Below, piece after piece: positions 15,582-29,547 of a DNA stretch of 60,877 nucleotides. Position numbers and translations under genes: made by a program. Position 1 is the first letter of the stretch. Each line of letters starts with the position of its first letter. The notes under the pieces were generated by a model. That model searched no databases and was not told the origin of the DNA. It was given only the letters and a program-made list of their open reading frames with translations. The stretch is from Octopus sinensis (taxonomy: Eukaryota), in contig NW_021832399.1 in the NCBI RefSeq assembly GCF_006345805.1, positions 1-60,877 of the forward strand, given 5' to 3'.

Positions 15582-17413
15582 CTTGTTAAACGAAACCACC
15601 ATGTGTTATAGGTGCTACGGAGAAAATAAACCATATCTACGTGGATGACCTAAAACTTTACGCTAAAAGCACCATGGAACAGAGAAACCGTATCAAAATT
15701 GTTCAGAGTTTCAGCAATGACATCGGAATGAGTATGGGGCTGGGAAAATGTGCCAGAGTCACACCGAGAAGAAGCAAATTATTCAGCACTAAAAACACTG
15801 CACTCAACATAGACACAGAAATTAGAGAATTAGATCACAACTGCCCATACAAATATCTAGGAATAGAAGAAGCTACCAAACTACAACACGCAGAAATGAA
15901 AAAGAAAATTAGGAGAGAGTATTACAGAAGAGTTAGACTAATATTAAACACTGAAATTAATACTAAAAATAGGATAATATGGATAAACACCCCAGCCATA
16001 CTAGTCATAGATTACAACTTTAACATAATAAACTGAAAGATCAGTGAATTGAGAAACCTAGACAGAAAAACCAGAAAACTACTAACAGCGTACCGAAGTC
16101 ATGATCCCAAAGAAGACGTCGATGGAATATATCTACCCCGCCCAGAAGGAGGCCGTGGTCTAATACAGATAGAAAACTACTATAAAATAACAAAAGTTCG
16201 ACGAGCAAAGTATTTAGAAACAAAGAGTGGAAGATTACAGCATGTAGTAAAGCAACATGGGAAAAAGAAAACGCTTTTCTCTATACATAAGTAGGTGACA
16301 AAATATAAAGCAGAAGCAATCTACACTGACACACTGACCTCAGATGACAACAACAGAAATGGTCAGAGAGACAGAAAACAACACGAAAACTCAATTACAA
16401 AAGATACTGAAGAAGAAATGGAGAGAAAAATCACTTCTTGACCAATACTCTGCAAGGCATGATAGAGAAGAAGTGAGCCTAAGTAAAAACCGACAATGTC
16501 TCAAAAGCTCTGGACTAATGCCGAAACGGAAGAACTGACTCTCACTGTGCAAGACCAATGCCTGACTACAAACAATTACAAAAACAAAATAATGAAAACA
16601 GGCCTCAGCACCAAACGCAGAATGTGCAACCAGCACAGTGAGACAGCTGACCACATCATCTTGGGTTGCCCACTCCTTGCCAAGTCCGAATATGTATACA
16701 GACACGACAAAATAAGCAGTTATATCCACTGCACAATATGTCAACATTACACCATCAAAACTGACAGCAGGTGGTATAAGCATGTGCCAAGCAAGGTACA
16801 AGACAACGATCAAGCCACAATTATCTGGGATGTGCCGGTTCAAACTGACAAAGAGATAAAAGCTAATCTCCCGACATAATAGTCAATTATTGTGGAAAAA
16901 CACCTGATTATTGATAGACATTGCGGTCCCTTCTGAGCAAAATATTGTGAAAAAAGAAATGGAGAAATTGTCAAAGACCCCGAAATTGAAGTATTCTAAA
17001 TGTGGGGAATGAAGGTAAAAACAATACCAATAATAAATGGAGCATTGGGCATGATAAAAATTATATGAACAAAAATGTAGAAGCTATACCTGGATCATTA
17101 ACACTACATACTGTCCAAAAAATATCCCTGCTAGGAACAGCCCACATCCAACGCAAGACACTAGCAATCCAATAATACAACCTTATCAAAACAACTCACA
17201 AATACAAGACATACTCTTCACAGCATTTACCCACTGAAATAAACTCCCGCCAGTAGCCGAAAAACCGAAGCATTACACACTCAATACACAATACAAGTAG
17301 TAACACAACAAAAGATAGCATCCCACCTCCAGGAATAAAAAAATAACAAATAAAGTATCGGGAAGAGTTCGCACACTCTCAACAGCAGAAAATGCTGCAC
17401 ACACCCCAGCAAC
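15579..17413 (+). mobile_element. R4/Dong-like LINE family B, 5'-truncated, decayed
   Basis: RT YVDDLKLYAK, GLGKCA, YKYLGI, LYLPRPEGGRGL-type motif, knuckle RMCNQHSETADHIILGC, ANLPDI, LLGTAHIQRKTLAIQ*, then presumed 3' UTR. Preceded by (AAT)n. Confidence 0.88.
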
Positions 17414-18226
17414 AAAGAAATAGACAAAGAAAAATCCCAGCAATGGTTGAGAAGCTCAGGACTCAAAGCAGAAACAGAGGGATTTTTAATTGCAGCACAA
17501 GACCAAAGCCTCCCCACCAGAAATTACCAAAAACATGTAATGAAAAGACATATTACAAGTAACTGCAGAATATGTGGAGATGGACAAGAAACAATAAATC
17601 ATATTATCTCTAGCTGCCCAGTCCTGGCTAAGAAGGAATATATTCACAGACATGACAGAGTTGGGACCTACATACATTGGAAGCTATGCCAACATTATGG
17701 AATAACAACAGAAAAAAGATGGTATAGGCACACACCAGAAAAGGTCAGAGAAAACGAGAAAGCAACCATACTCTGGGATATGCCGATACACACAGATAGA
17801 GAAATTAAGGCCAACAGACCAGATATAGTTGTCAGAGATCATGAAGAAAAAAAATGCTTTCTAATTGATGTATCAATACCGGCAGATGACAACGTGTCTC
17901 TAAAAGAAATGGAGAAACTCTCAAAATACAAAGACCTGGAAATAGAGGTAACTAGAATGTGGAATCTGAAAACAGAAACAATTCCTATCATAGTAGGTGC
18001 ATTAGGCATGATAAAAAAATATTCAGACAAATACATAACAAAAAACCAGGACTTACAAACACATATAACATACAGAAAATTGCACTACTAGGCACTGCAC
18101 ACATCCTACGCAGAACACTTTCCATACAATAACCATCAGAGCATCACAACAAATCACAGCACATACCCAAGGCACACAGAGCTGCGCTCGGTAGTGAAGT
18201 GAAAGCACGCTATAAAAATAAAACTA

Positions 18227-18230
<4 letters not shown>
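17414..18230 (+). mobile_element. R4/Dong-like LINE family A, 5'-truncated
   Basis: CRICGDGQETINHIISSC knuckle, RLE ANRPDIVVRD...FLIDVS...KLSKYKDL, LLGTAHILRRTLSIQ*, 3' UTR ending AAAACTACTGA then (AAT)n. Confidence 0.93.
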
Positions 18231-18264
<34 letters not shown>

Positions 18265-18368
18265 CAACAACATTCCGATAACATTCCCACGAAAAGCCTA
18301 TTTGGCAAGAGCGTATATGATAACAAATTCAATTAATTAGGTCTGACATAGAATGTTTAAAAATCTGT

Positions 18369-18435
<67 letters not shown>

Positions 18436-18479
18436 AAGAAGAAGTTATGGTAGTAGTATAAGAATAGGATGATGGATCT

Positions 18480-20000
18480 CTAAGTCTGAGAAGAACATCA
18501 CACTAACAAAATTCCGAAAATTAAAGAAAAAGAGTAATATGAAATCCATACTTGACATCGACTCTACTTTAGAAACTATCAAGCAAAAGCTATCTGCTAA
18601 AGCTGCCCGCATAGCACGGTATGAAAAGTGCATTGGGTTCTTCAAGGACAACAACGTGTTTAAAAATAACCCCAAAACTTTTTACAGGAATATAAGTAAA
18701 ATATCAGTTACAGTAAAGTCTGTCCCATTAAAAGAAGTGCAGGAATTTTGGAGTAAAATTTGGGCAGAAAAAAAAACAATTCAATAAGAAGGTCCCTTGG
18801 ATTGATAGAATATCTATTGACTCAGCCTCCTTAGAAGAGCAAAAGTGGGAAGGCATCAAAGTAAATGTAAGTTCTGCTCTCAGGAAATGAAGCAAATGGA
18901 AGCCTCCAGGAAATGATAAAATTCTTAACTTCTGGTTGAATGCTTTCCTAGAGGGTCATGAACTGTTGACAAGACTTTACAACAATGTTTTGCAACACCT
19001 AATACGATTCCCGGAAAAAAATGAAGAAACAAATGAACCAAAAAATTATTGACCCATAACCTGCTTAACAACAAGGTATAAAATATTAACATCTATCTTG
19101 AGTGAATGCACCTATAACTTTTTTAACAGAAAGGGGCATCTTCCCTAATGAGCAAAAATGATGTAAACGTGGATCGTACGGTTGTAAAAATTAGCTACTT
19201 GTCAATAAGATGATTTTGGAAGATTGTCACAAATAACGCAAGAACTTATCAATTGCCTAGGTAGACTATAAAAACGCTTTTGATAGCCTACCACATAACT
19301 GGATTGAGAAATCTTTGGAAATTTATATAATAGCACCTACCCCTGCAAAACTTCTTATTTCTAAGTATTAGATCATGGGAAACAACATTGAATTTGAATT
19401 GTGACAATGAATCTTTCAATGCTGGGGATGTAAGAATTTCATGTGGCATTTTCCAGGGTGACTCTCTATCACCACTTCTCTTTTGTCTAGCCTTGATGCC
19501 TCTTTTGTAATTGCTCGATGAGGTACAATATGGCTATAAAATTTTTAATAAAAATATAATAAAAATATAGATCATCTCTACATGGATAATTTAAAACTCT
19601 TTATAAAAAATGACCAACAACTACAGGGCTTACAAGCAATTGTAAAACAGTTCAGTGATGACATCAGGATGAAATGTTGCTTAGATAATGTGCAAAAGCT
19701 ACCTTTATCAGAGGAAAAATGATAGAAACATCCAACGTTAAACTCGACCAACAGAATGTAATAAAGGAGTTAGAACCAGCGGAGAGCTACAGATACCTAG
19801 GAGTATTTGAAAGTGATGGAATCAAACATTCTATGATGAAAGAAAAGATCAGAAAAGAATGTTGTCGCAGGATAAGAGCTTATACTGAAGACAGAGCTGA
19901 ACGCTAGAAACAGGATCAATATTTTAACCATACCGGTCCTGACTTAGAGTTTCAATATTATTAACAGGTCAATTACTGAAATCTGCAATCTTGACAGAAG
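18480..20000 (+). mobile_element. R4/Dong-like LINE family C, RT region, decayed
   Basis: KQKLSAKAARIARYEK, NPKTFY, FWSKIW, WKPPGND, VDYKNAFDSLPH, IFQGDSLSPLLFCLAL, YMDNLKL, YRYLGV. Boundaries approximate. Confidence 0.88.
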
Positions 20001-20004
20001 AATA

Positions 20005-20245
20005 TCGACCCTGAAAGGATGAAAGGCAAAGTTGATCCCGGCAGGATTTGAACTCAATATAATGATTTATAATTTAGGCACAAAGCCAATACTTTTGAAG
20101 GAAGAGATTTCTCCCAGTTTTTGACTGCTATTTTAATTTTATTGGCGCTGAAAGAATGAAAAGTAAAGTTGTCTGAATTCAGAAAAGAGCCGAGAGAAAT
20201 ACCACAAGGCATTTTATCCGACGTTACAACGATTCTACCGACTCA
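20005..20245 (-). mobile_element. SINE family 2 fragments
   Basis: TCGACCCTGAAAGGATGAAAGGCAAAGTTGA...TTTGAACTCA (reverse complement of the family 2 body), plus a second diverged piece at ~20075-20245. Confidence 0.7.
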
Positions 20246-20302
20246 ATAACAACAACAACAACAACAATAACAACAACAACAATGATAATAATAATAATAA
20301 TA

Positions 20303-20355
<53 letters not shown>

Positions 20356-20372
20356 AACAATAATAATAATAA

Positions 20373-20466
<94 letters not shown>

Positions 20467-20473
20467 TATAAGA

Positions 20474-21006
20474 GCCAGGCACTGGCTCTTACGGCTTTTG
20501 TTCTTAACTGATTGGAAGTGTTATCATGTACATCGTTTTGTCTTGGTATAAACGATGGGCAAATATTCTGCTCAATACTACAGATTTGCTTGTCAGTTGT
20601 TTGACCATAACCAGTTGAGCATATCCCTTAGTGGCTGACGATATGTGCATCTCTGATCACGAGCAGAAGTAGTGAGGGAGCATCATAACTATATGTTGAG
20701 AGGAATTCTTTGGGGTTCGAATAATTCACCCCTGGAAACATGGGTGTTGCGTTCAACATCCTTAAACAACCCTTATTCAGGGACCTTTTGAGCGAGATGG
20801 GCTATTCAACCTGAAGAAAATTCTAACTGGGCCTCACCTGCAAGGTCATGCACTGTTTATCTTGGTTTGTGATCACCATGTCACACACATATTGTTGTGA
20901 TGCATGTGCCTGGTGTACTCTTATCAGACGGGTAGTCATGATGGGTATACAGGTCTCGAATATTTGTACCCCAGTGTCACTTTGATGACATGCACTTCCA
21001 TCTCAT
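20474..21006 (+). mobile_element. ~550-bp element, copy 4 (slightly 5'-truncated)
   Basis: GCCAGGCACTGGCTCT...CATGCACTTCCATCTCATT; (AAT)n on both sides. Confidence 0.85.
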
Positions 21007-21719
21007 TTAATAATAATGACAACAAATTCTTTTATTATCCACAAGTGCCCACATCTTTGGGGGCAATATCAAAGGGTGAAATACACTATACAAAAGGTAG
21101 CATTTACTTCGCTGGAAACAAAACAACATTTTAAAATACAAGTTAGAAAAATGTTAAAAAAGAAAATCCCCAATATCGGTGCAGTCCATCTCAGGTAATT
21201 CTTTGAAAACCCTTCTCAAAAAAGTCCCAGATTATCCAATGCATTCAGTTTCTTTCCGCCTACTTAGAAAATTATATTCAGAATTTCCTATTATAACTCT
21301 TGCCACTCTCATCCACCTTCCAATGAATACACTTGAGAGTAGCACTTTTCTCTTCAAAGGTTCAAAGGATATTTGAAGAAATTGATGACAGCATGACCAG
21401 ATAGAAAAGTGGCTGTCTTCAAACCTTTTCCACAGCCCTTAGTATAGAAAGATATGCCTCCATCCTCAGCCAAAGGAAGATAAATAATAATATCAGTGTG
21501 ATGTTAGTTTAAAAATCTATTTTTGAAAGAAATGCTTCGGAGTATTGCAAAATAATGAATCTTGGTTAGGCGTTCCAACAGTGACTTCGTCATTTAAAAG
21601 ATGGTGAAGTCTCTCTCCTTCTCTCTCTCTCTCTCTCCTTCTTTTAAAAGTATCTAAAGTAGCAGTTTTTATATTTCTGACGAAAGGACAAAATTTGTGG
21701 GTTATTTAGCTGCTATTTC

Positions 21720-21953
21720 TCATGAGTCGTACAACCTCGTAGAGATTCTCATGTTGTTTCTTAACGTATAATGTCTGGTGTTCATGACGTCTATGTTCAT
21801 ATTTTCATAGATGACAGATGTTTCCATTGTATTGTAAAATGGTTCTCGCATCATACACGGCCAAGTTTTCGTTAATATTGAAGACCAACAAGTTTGCATT
21901 ACTGAGGCCGTCGCGACCACCAATATAAGTGCAATGGAAGTGGGATGGTTCAT
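21720..21953 (-). CDS. candidate small ORF/first exon with signal-peptide-like N-terminus
   Basis: MNHPTSIALILVVATASVMQTCWS... (77 aa), A-rich start context AACAAAG-ATG, non-repetitive sequence. No homology recognised. Confidence 0.22.
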   Translation of the reverse strand: MNHPTSIALILVVATASVMQTCWSSILTKTWPCMMREPFYNTMETSVIYENMNIDVMNTRHYTLRNNMRISTRLYDS

Positions 21954-22144
21954 CTTTGTTTGCTTAGTATTGGGCTTATTTTTTGATTTGATTGAATCTT
22001 CGTTGTTTTTTGTTGGTCAGTTACTTTTAGCGTTTTGACTGAAAAAGTAATTCTAAAAATATTTTGTAACGTAAGCGTGCCCAAACAAGTCGAATGCTTA
22101 TACAGAGCAGGTTTTACAGCCACATCATCCAAACCACAAACCAA

Positions 22145-22172
22145 CCGGGTGAAGCCGGGCTTAGCTGCTAGT

Positions 22173-22173
<1 letters not shown>
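22145..22173 (-). mobile_element. Helitron/Helentron-type non-autonomous element terminus
   Basis: Minus strand (TA)n-TACTAGCAGCTAAGCCCGGCTTCACCCGG: CTAG plus a GC-rich CCGG..CCGG stem next to a TA tract, resembling DINE-1/HINE-like ends. Other end not found. Confidence 0.45.
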
Positions 22174-22205
<32 letters not shown>

Positions 22206-22619
22206 CCCGTGAAATAGGAACAAACATAAATACTGTATGTGTCTGTGTGCATATGTATATTAGGTTTCATGTTAAGATATATATAAAACAGTTTAGTATA
22301 TATATATAAATTTGAGTATATATATATATATATATATATATGTAATATATATATCTATATAAATATATATATGTACATATATATATACACTAAACTGTTT
22401 TTGTATATATCTTAATATAAAATCTAATATACATACACACATAACAATACACTTCTTGATACAAATTATACAGCATATGCATTCACATATAAGCATTTAT
22501 GTATGCACACATACAGGAGGTTGGTTTTATGCATACACTCATACGTACATACATACATGCATGCATACATATATATATGCATATATATGAAGTTATATAT
22601 GGATACATATGAAGTTATA

Positions 22620-22710
<91 letters not shown>

Positions 22711-23120
22711 AAATATATATATTATATATATTGTTGAATATTCTTACACTTGTATATTCATTTCACTTCTTATCTCACGTATCTTTCATTAATAATTGCA
22801 CATAAGTCCCTAGGCAGTTCATTTTTTTTTTATATCAGACACTGATTGGATTAAAGAGGCGACCAAGGAGACACAGAAAAAAATTCCAGATATTGGGAGA
22901 AAGAGCTATGAATCAATGTGTAATACAATAAGTTAAATAAGATAAAGGAGATGTGCATTAATTGCGCTGGTCTTGTTATAAGGCTGGGAAGAAGATATAA
23001 GGTGTAAAATAAGAAATTGAAAAAGTGAATTCTCTATATATATGTATGCATATATCAATATATACATATAAGCGCGAGCACGCGTATGTGTGCCGATGTG
23101 TTCGCATGCGTGTATGTGTA

Positions 23121-23163
<43 letters not shown>

Positions 23164-23201
23164 CTCCATTTCCAAGTAAGTATATATATATAATATATAT
23201 A

Positions 23202-23294
<93 letters not shown>

Positions 23295-23474
23295 TCGCTT
23301 GGGTATAGCAAAACCTGGTATTAGAATTTAATACACATGTGCTTCAAACAAAGCGCAAGTCGAGTACAGGGCAGTAATAAAGATGCAATGCACTCATAGC
23401 TGGGTACTTGTGTATTGCCCTATAGCTTCATCAGAGCTTCAAAACTGAAGTGCAATTTAATTTGGCAAAATATT

Positions 23475-23524
<50 letters not shown>

Positions 23525-24932
23525 ATATATATATAATAGAAACACAAAAGCGTTGCTATCGAAAAAAATGTATAAACACATGTAGGGAACTAATTAAAGA
23601 GTTTGAGAAATAGAAGCTTCTCCCCGAAAAAGTATATCTCTATTTATATATATATATGTGTCTGAACATTTATATTAGAAAGAAAGAACGAATAGACAAA
23701 ACGTGGTATCACTCCAAAGTGATACCCTTTACATTACGTTATTAGACGCAATTTTATCTATATCCTACGTCAAGGAGTAAAAACGAAAACATGTAAGACA
23801 ACAGCTAAGAAAGGAGGTGGGCAGATAGAAAGTGAGAGTGTCTAAGACAATGAGAGGAGGAGAAACAGAAAGCGGGTCATAAAAATTTTTCTACATAAGG
23901 ATCCTAGTCCGATTGACAATTAACAAGGGATGAACGGAAGAGATATGTCATAGATATGTGGTTGTGTGTGTATGGAGATGGATAGATAGATAGATTAATA
24001 GAGAGAGAGAGATAGAGAGAGAAAAAGCGTAACAGAGAGAGAAAGAGAGGGGGAGTAAGAGAGAGAGGGAGAAAATTATCCGATAATGACAAGTATATAT
24101 ATCTTTATACATACACATACACACACATACACACAAATACACGCACTAACACATAAACACTCACAGATGCACGCACACACACACAAGTATACCTATATAC
24201 ATGCACTGAAACAACTAACAATATGCAGATACCTACAAATAAGCCTATACATACACTTACACACACACACATGCAATCCATATATATTTTAAATGTATCA
24301 TATATATATCTTATATACAAATAGATACATATCATACATACATAACATACATACATACATATGCATGAGATGAAAAATTAGACCGCATCTGCGTAAGACG
24401 AAGACAAGGCAGCAGAGACTTAAAATCAATCCCAAATACCTTTGAATGTCATATACGTTATGTAAGTAGTATAAATCTAATGGGTATACACACACACACA
24501 CACACACATGTATATATATCAAAAACAAGTTAAAAATAATGAACAATACACATTATTCTTTTATTGGAGCAAATTTGGCTTACAGCTGTTTCCAGTAATC
24601 ATTTTAGATGCAATACTGATAGGTTTACTCAATTAGTCTATTGATCAATTGTGACATTAAGAAAATTAATGTTACTTTTGTATGTGTGTGTGTGCGTGTG
24701 TGCATGGTATGTAGATAGAGTTATAAACTAAGCTATGTCCTCATGAAGCACATTTGCATATTCCAGTACTCCAATGTAGATTTGTAGACGTTATATTTTA
24801 TATGGGAGCTGAAAATACTGAAGAATACTGTTAAATACTGGAGAATACTTATTTCAGAGTAAATCCTCGGTCTGAAGAATTACTAATAGGAGATGGCTTA
24901 TATGTTTTTCTACATGTATACGTAGGCAACTA

Positions 24933-25315
24933 CTTTTATTCTTTTATTCTTTTACTTGTTTCAGCCATTTGACTGCGGCCATGCTGGAGCATCACCTTTT
25001 AGTCGAGCAAATCGATCCCTAGTACTTATTCCATCGGTATCTATTTGCCGAACCGCTAAGTTACGGGGACGTAAACACACCAGCATCGGATGTCAAGCGA
25101 TGTTGGAGGGGCAAACACAGACATGCAAACACACATACACACGCACACATATATATACACATATACAACGGGTTTCTGTCAATTTCCGTCTACCAAATCC
25201 AATCACAAGGCTTTGGTCGGCCCGAGGCTATAGAAGAAGACACTTGCCCAAGGTGCCACGCAGTGGGACTGTGGTTGGTAAGCAAGCTACTTACCACGGA
25301 GCTACTCCTGCGTCT
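24933..25315 (-). mobile_element. SINE family 1
   Basis: Reverse complement of the 8830-9276 family, including the CTTTTATT tail repeats and internal CA tract. Confidence 0.9.
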
Positions 25316-25777
25316 ATGAAATGAAACATTGTTAATGGGCATATATAACTTATTTCAGGAGATTTGCTCCACCAGCGACTATCTAACCCGTTAATAAGGA
25401 AACATATGTAATACGAAATAATGACAAAATGTGTTTGTCCAGTGTTCTGTTTTAATATACATGTATATGTATACACATATATACATATATATACATGCAT
25501 GTATACATATATACATCAAGGATGTGCATTTGGCTGTGTGTGTCTACACGTATGTGTATCTGTGTGTGTATGTGTGCGTGTGCAAGTATGTGTGTGGGTG
25601 TACGCACATGTACCTGTATCTGAAAATGATTATGAGGTGAAAATGCTCGGAGCGTTTTAATGAAGATTGAAAATTAAGGTGGTTGGCGGGAATGGAAAGT
25701 AATAGTAAGAGAGGAGGAAGGTGAGCAAGAAAGGAAGACAGCATTAGGGATAAAGAAATATATATATATATATATAT

Positions 25778-25821
<44 letters not shown>

Positions 25822-26399
25822 GAAAGAAAGAGAGAGAGAGAGCGAGCGATATATAGATTGCAAGGATCCGAAGGAAGTTGAGAAAAGCAACGAGGAAAAA
25901 ATATCAAAAATTTATATCTGAAGACCAGAATTCTATGAAAAAAGATCATGATGGTGAATGGCAGAAACTGTGGAGCGGCGGATTAAATCCCAGAACATAT
26001 GTTGATAAAGTTTTAAATCTCTCAAACTTATGAGACCGTTTTCTAACAACTCCCGGTTTACCAAAAATATCAGTACAAACTTAGTGCCAACCTGCCTTGC
26101 CAGAAACGACTGATTACTTCGAATTCTTCGAAAATTCATTGTATTTTCTATTTGAAAAGGAGAACTTTCCCCGAAATATTTTTGGATGATTAAACAACCT
26201 ATGTGATGAAATACAATATTTTTTCTCTTTGTTTACATATATTGATAATACTTTACATATTTTGTCTTACTCTTCACCTGCATTACTTTTTCAAAACCTT
26301 ATATCATTTACATATAATGCGATACTTCAACGAAATTACAATACTTTTTTGACATTTATTTTCTTTGGTAAGACAAAGAAATTATATGAAGTAGATTAC

Positions 26400-27407
26400 A
26401 CCTAATATAAACGGTTACTTGAAGGGAACCGCAATAAAACTTTAGACAGACTACTGCACAGACATATATAGCAACATTAACACTGAGATAAAAGCCATTA
26501 CTCAGAAAATTGAATTTAACAACAGAATGGCATACCTACTTATGTGAGAGGCGTATCAAGGACTAGAAAGAAAATTTCATCACCATCACCAAGTATTGAC
26601 AAATAAATCCAGTTAGGATAGAGATAAGACTAATTAGTGAAAAAAATTCTAAAATAAACGAGAATTAGGAAATCTTCTAGAGCACAACAATCAACAATAA
26701 GGCAGTAATTAACTGGTTTACCTGTCGATAACACATTCTATACTTGGCAAATACTTTGCCAAAGTATGTAATGATACAGCTGACATACGCAATATAAATA
26801 TACTACTCTGTAGTAAAGATTGGTGTGGGTGAAACAATGTGATACAAGAAGTACATTAGATATCAGTATAGAGTCATACGACATTGCAGATACATGTGAT
26901 GTCGACGGCTTACACATACTGGATGTTTAACAGAATAGTTTCATCAAATTGAACATCAGATTATGGATGATAGATTAGCTGTTATATCATACACAACTGG
27001 ACATGAGTTATATAAAATGAAGGACTTCATAATAGGCCCAAAAATATATATAGCGAACAACCTAAAACATTGTAAATTTCTTTAATATGACCATTTAATT
27101 AAACACGAACAAATAGAAGCTCTATAACAAAGCCAATGAACAAGTGACTTACATCAACACTAAATCCTGTAATCCGTCCATAATTTTAACATCTAGTCAA
27201 CAACATTAGCAGAAGAATATCCGAATTTCCTCCTAACAATGTATTTTGTAGGACGTCATCGTAGTGCAACAGTAATTTAGCGAATAACGTATTCAAAAGC
27301 AAAATTAAATATGAATTTAACCTCACTCCAGTACAATCCCACACAATATTGTCTCGTTAATACAATTAAATGTAAGAACCAACATATCTAAAAGCTTTCT
27401 GGGACAA

Positions 27408-27450
<43 letters not shown>

Positions 27451-27468
27451 ATATATAATATATATATA

Positions 27469-27511
<43 letters not shown>

Positions 27512-27950
27512 TATATACACATTTTTACACTGTTTAATGTGTTGCACCTCCAGTATGAAAAACATCAGAACAACGGTTCCTTCAAGGTCAGGTCATACAA
27601 GCAAAGACACTGACGCAGTTTTCCTCAATCAACTTTGTGACCCTGAGATACTAGTGAGCCAAACCGACATTACTTCTATCAAATCAAATGGATCGAGCGA
27701 TAGTGGATAATAGACAAGAACGACAGCGGATAAGAAAAGCAACGATATGCCAATCTTACTGTTTTCTTCAGGCATATTGGCAAGAAAAAATCTTTATTTA
27801 ATTACTTGTTAGATGAAAGAGAATATCGGCTATCAAATAAAATGGAAAATTACTGGAGTGGAGCAAATTTACATAAACAAAAGAGGTCGATGTCATTTAT
27901 GCACTGCTGAGAAAAGTCTTATAGAGAACAGTATGAAATGAGCATCCAAA
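26400..27950 (+). mobile_element. Penelope-like element (RT plus GIY-YIG), heavily decayed
   Basis: KENF..., AVINWF, NFLNMT, YNKANEQVTYIN, NNISRRIS, NVRTNISKSFL, SMKNI, NIGYQIKWKI...RCHLCTAEKSLI. Interrupted by (TA)n at ~27405-27510. Boundaries approximate. Confidence 0.72.
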
Positions 27951-28289
27951 GTATTTAAATATAATATCAATGATTTTCTGCAGATATCTCTATTTTCTAT
28001 TGAAATTTTGGAAGTCCAATTCCCCACCAGACTAAGTAGGTGCAAATAGAAGTCTATTCTTTGATCTTTAATTCTTGACTCCATCCTACATGTAACGTTG
28101 TCACACCATTTACCGATTCTCATAGATAATTAACCCATAGTTACTTCATCCATTTAGTACACTAGGTAATGTAATTTCAATGCAATAAAAAACGCTTGTG
28201 TGTTAATAATTGGGTATTCTACCAGCAGTATATTCGATAGATATTATCCCTTAGTGGGTTGGATTCATAACCTCTAACTTTCTTGGAGT

Positions 28290-28324
<35 letters not shown>

Positions 28325-28359
28325 AATATATGTAGGTATGAACATACATGCCCTATCTC

Positions 28360-28444
<85 letters not shown>

Positions 28445-28482
28445 GTATCTCTCTCTCTCTCTTCTCTCTCCTCTCTCTCTCT

Positions 28483-28553
<71 letters not shown>

Positions 28554-28554
28554 A

Positions 28555-28715
28555 ACGATGGTTTCCAACAGTTTCTGTCTGTCAACTAATTCACTCACAA
28601 GGCTTTAGCCGGTCCTGGACTATAGTAGGAGATACTCGACCAAAGTATCTTGTCCAAATGGGACTGAACCCAAACTACGTACAAAGTGAACTTCTTAACC
28701 ACAGAACCATAGCTG
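28555..28715 (-). mobile_element. SINE family 1, 5' part
   Basis: CAGTTTCTGTC...CACTCACAAGGCTTT...CTATAGTAGGAGATAC...GGGACTGAACCC, matching the reverse complement of the family 1 head. Confidence 0.65.
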
Positions 28716-29275
28716 CATGTATGTATATGTATATGTATATATACACATACATACACAAGCATATATAAATATATAATATATATAAATGACCGAGATGTTT
28801 TGCATTTTGCTTTAATGCAAGCATGCAATTTATTCATTATTAATATTATGATATAAATTATTTACATGCTCCGAAGTTGCGAAACAATTGCCATGATATT
28901 AGAATTTTCTTGTTTTTAAATAAAATTTCATCAAACTATTTTTCTGTCATTTATGACTATACACGCCTTATCGTTTTCTCTTTATTGTACTATATATTCT
29001 CTATGGTTTGTACAATGATATATTAAGGAAGTTTTTCTATGAGTACTACTAGATTACTTAAATCCATAAGTGACTTAAATTAATATATATATATATCTAT
29101 ATATATATATATATATATATAAATACACATACGCATAACTCTCACGCGTACATACACATGCAATAATTTTCTCAAGTTCAAAATGCTTTTATTGTCCACA
29201 TCTTAAGGTGGAACTTTGGATCTTTGTTAGAAATCAACCTCTCAGCTCCATCCTCATAGAAAGACTTCAAATAAT

Positions 29276-29345
<70 letters not shown>

Positions 29346-29483
29346 ATATATATAATATATACATATATATATTATATATAATATATATATATGAATGTAT
29401 ATACATCCATACGTTAAGTGATTATATATGCGTGTATGTTATGTATGCATATATATGTATTTATATGCACACACACACACACG

Positions 29484-29547
<64 letters not shown>

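Noticed and set aside
22620-23295. Quasi-regular TT/AA interruptions in long (TA)n arrays
   Set aside because: Most simply single-base indels from slippage or long-read error; no consistent period.
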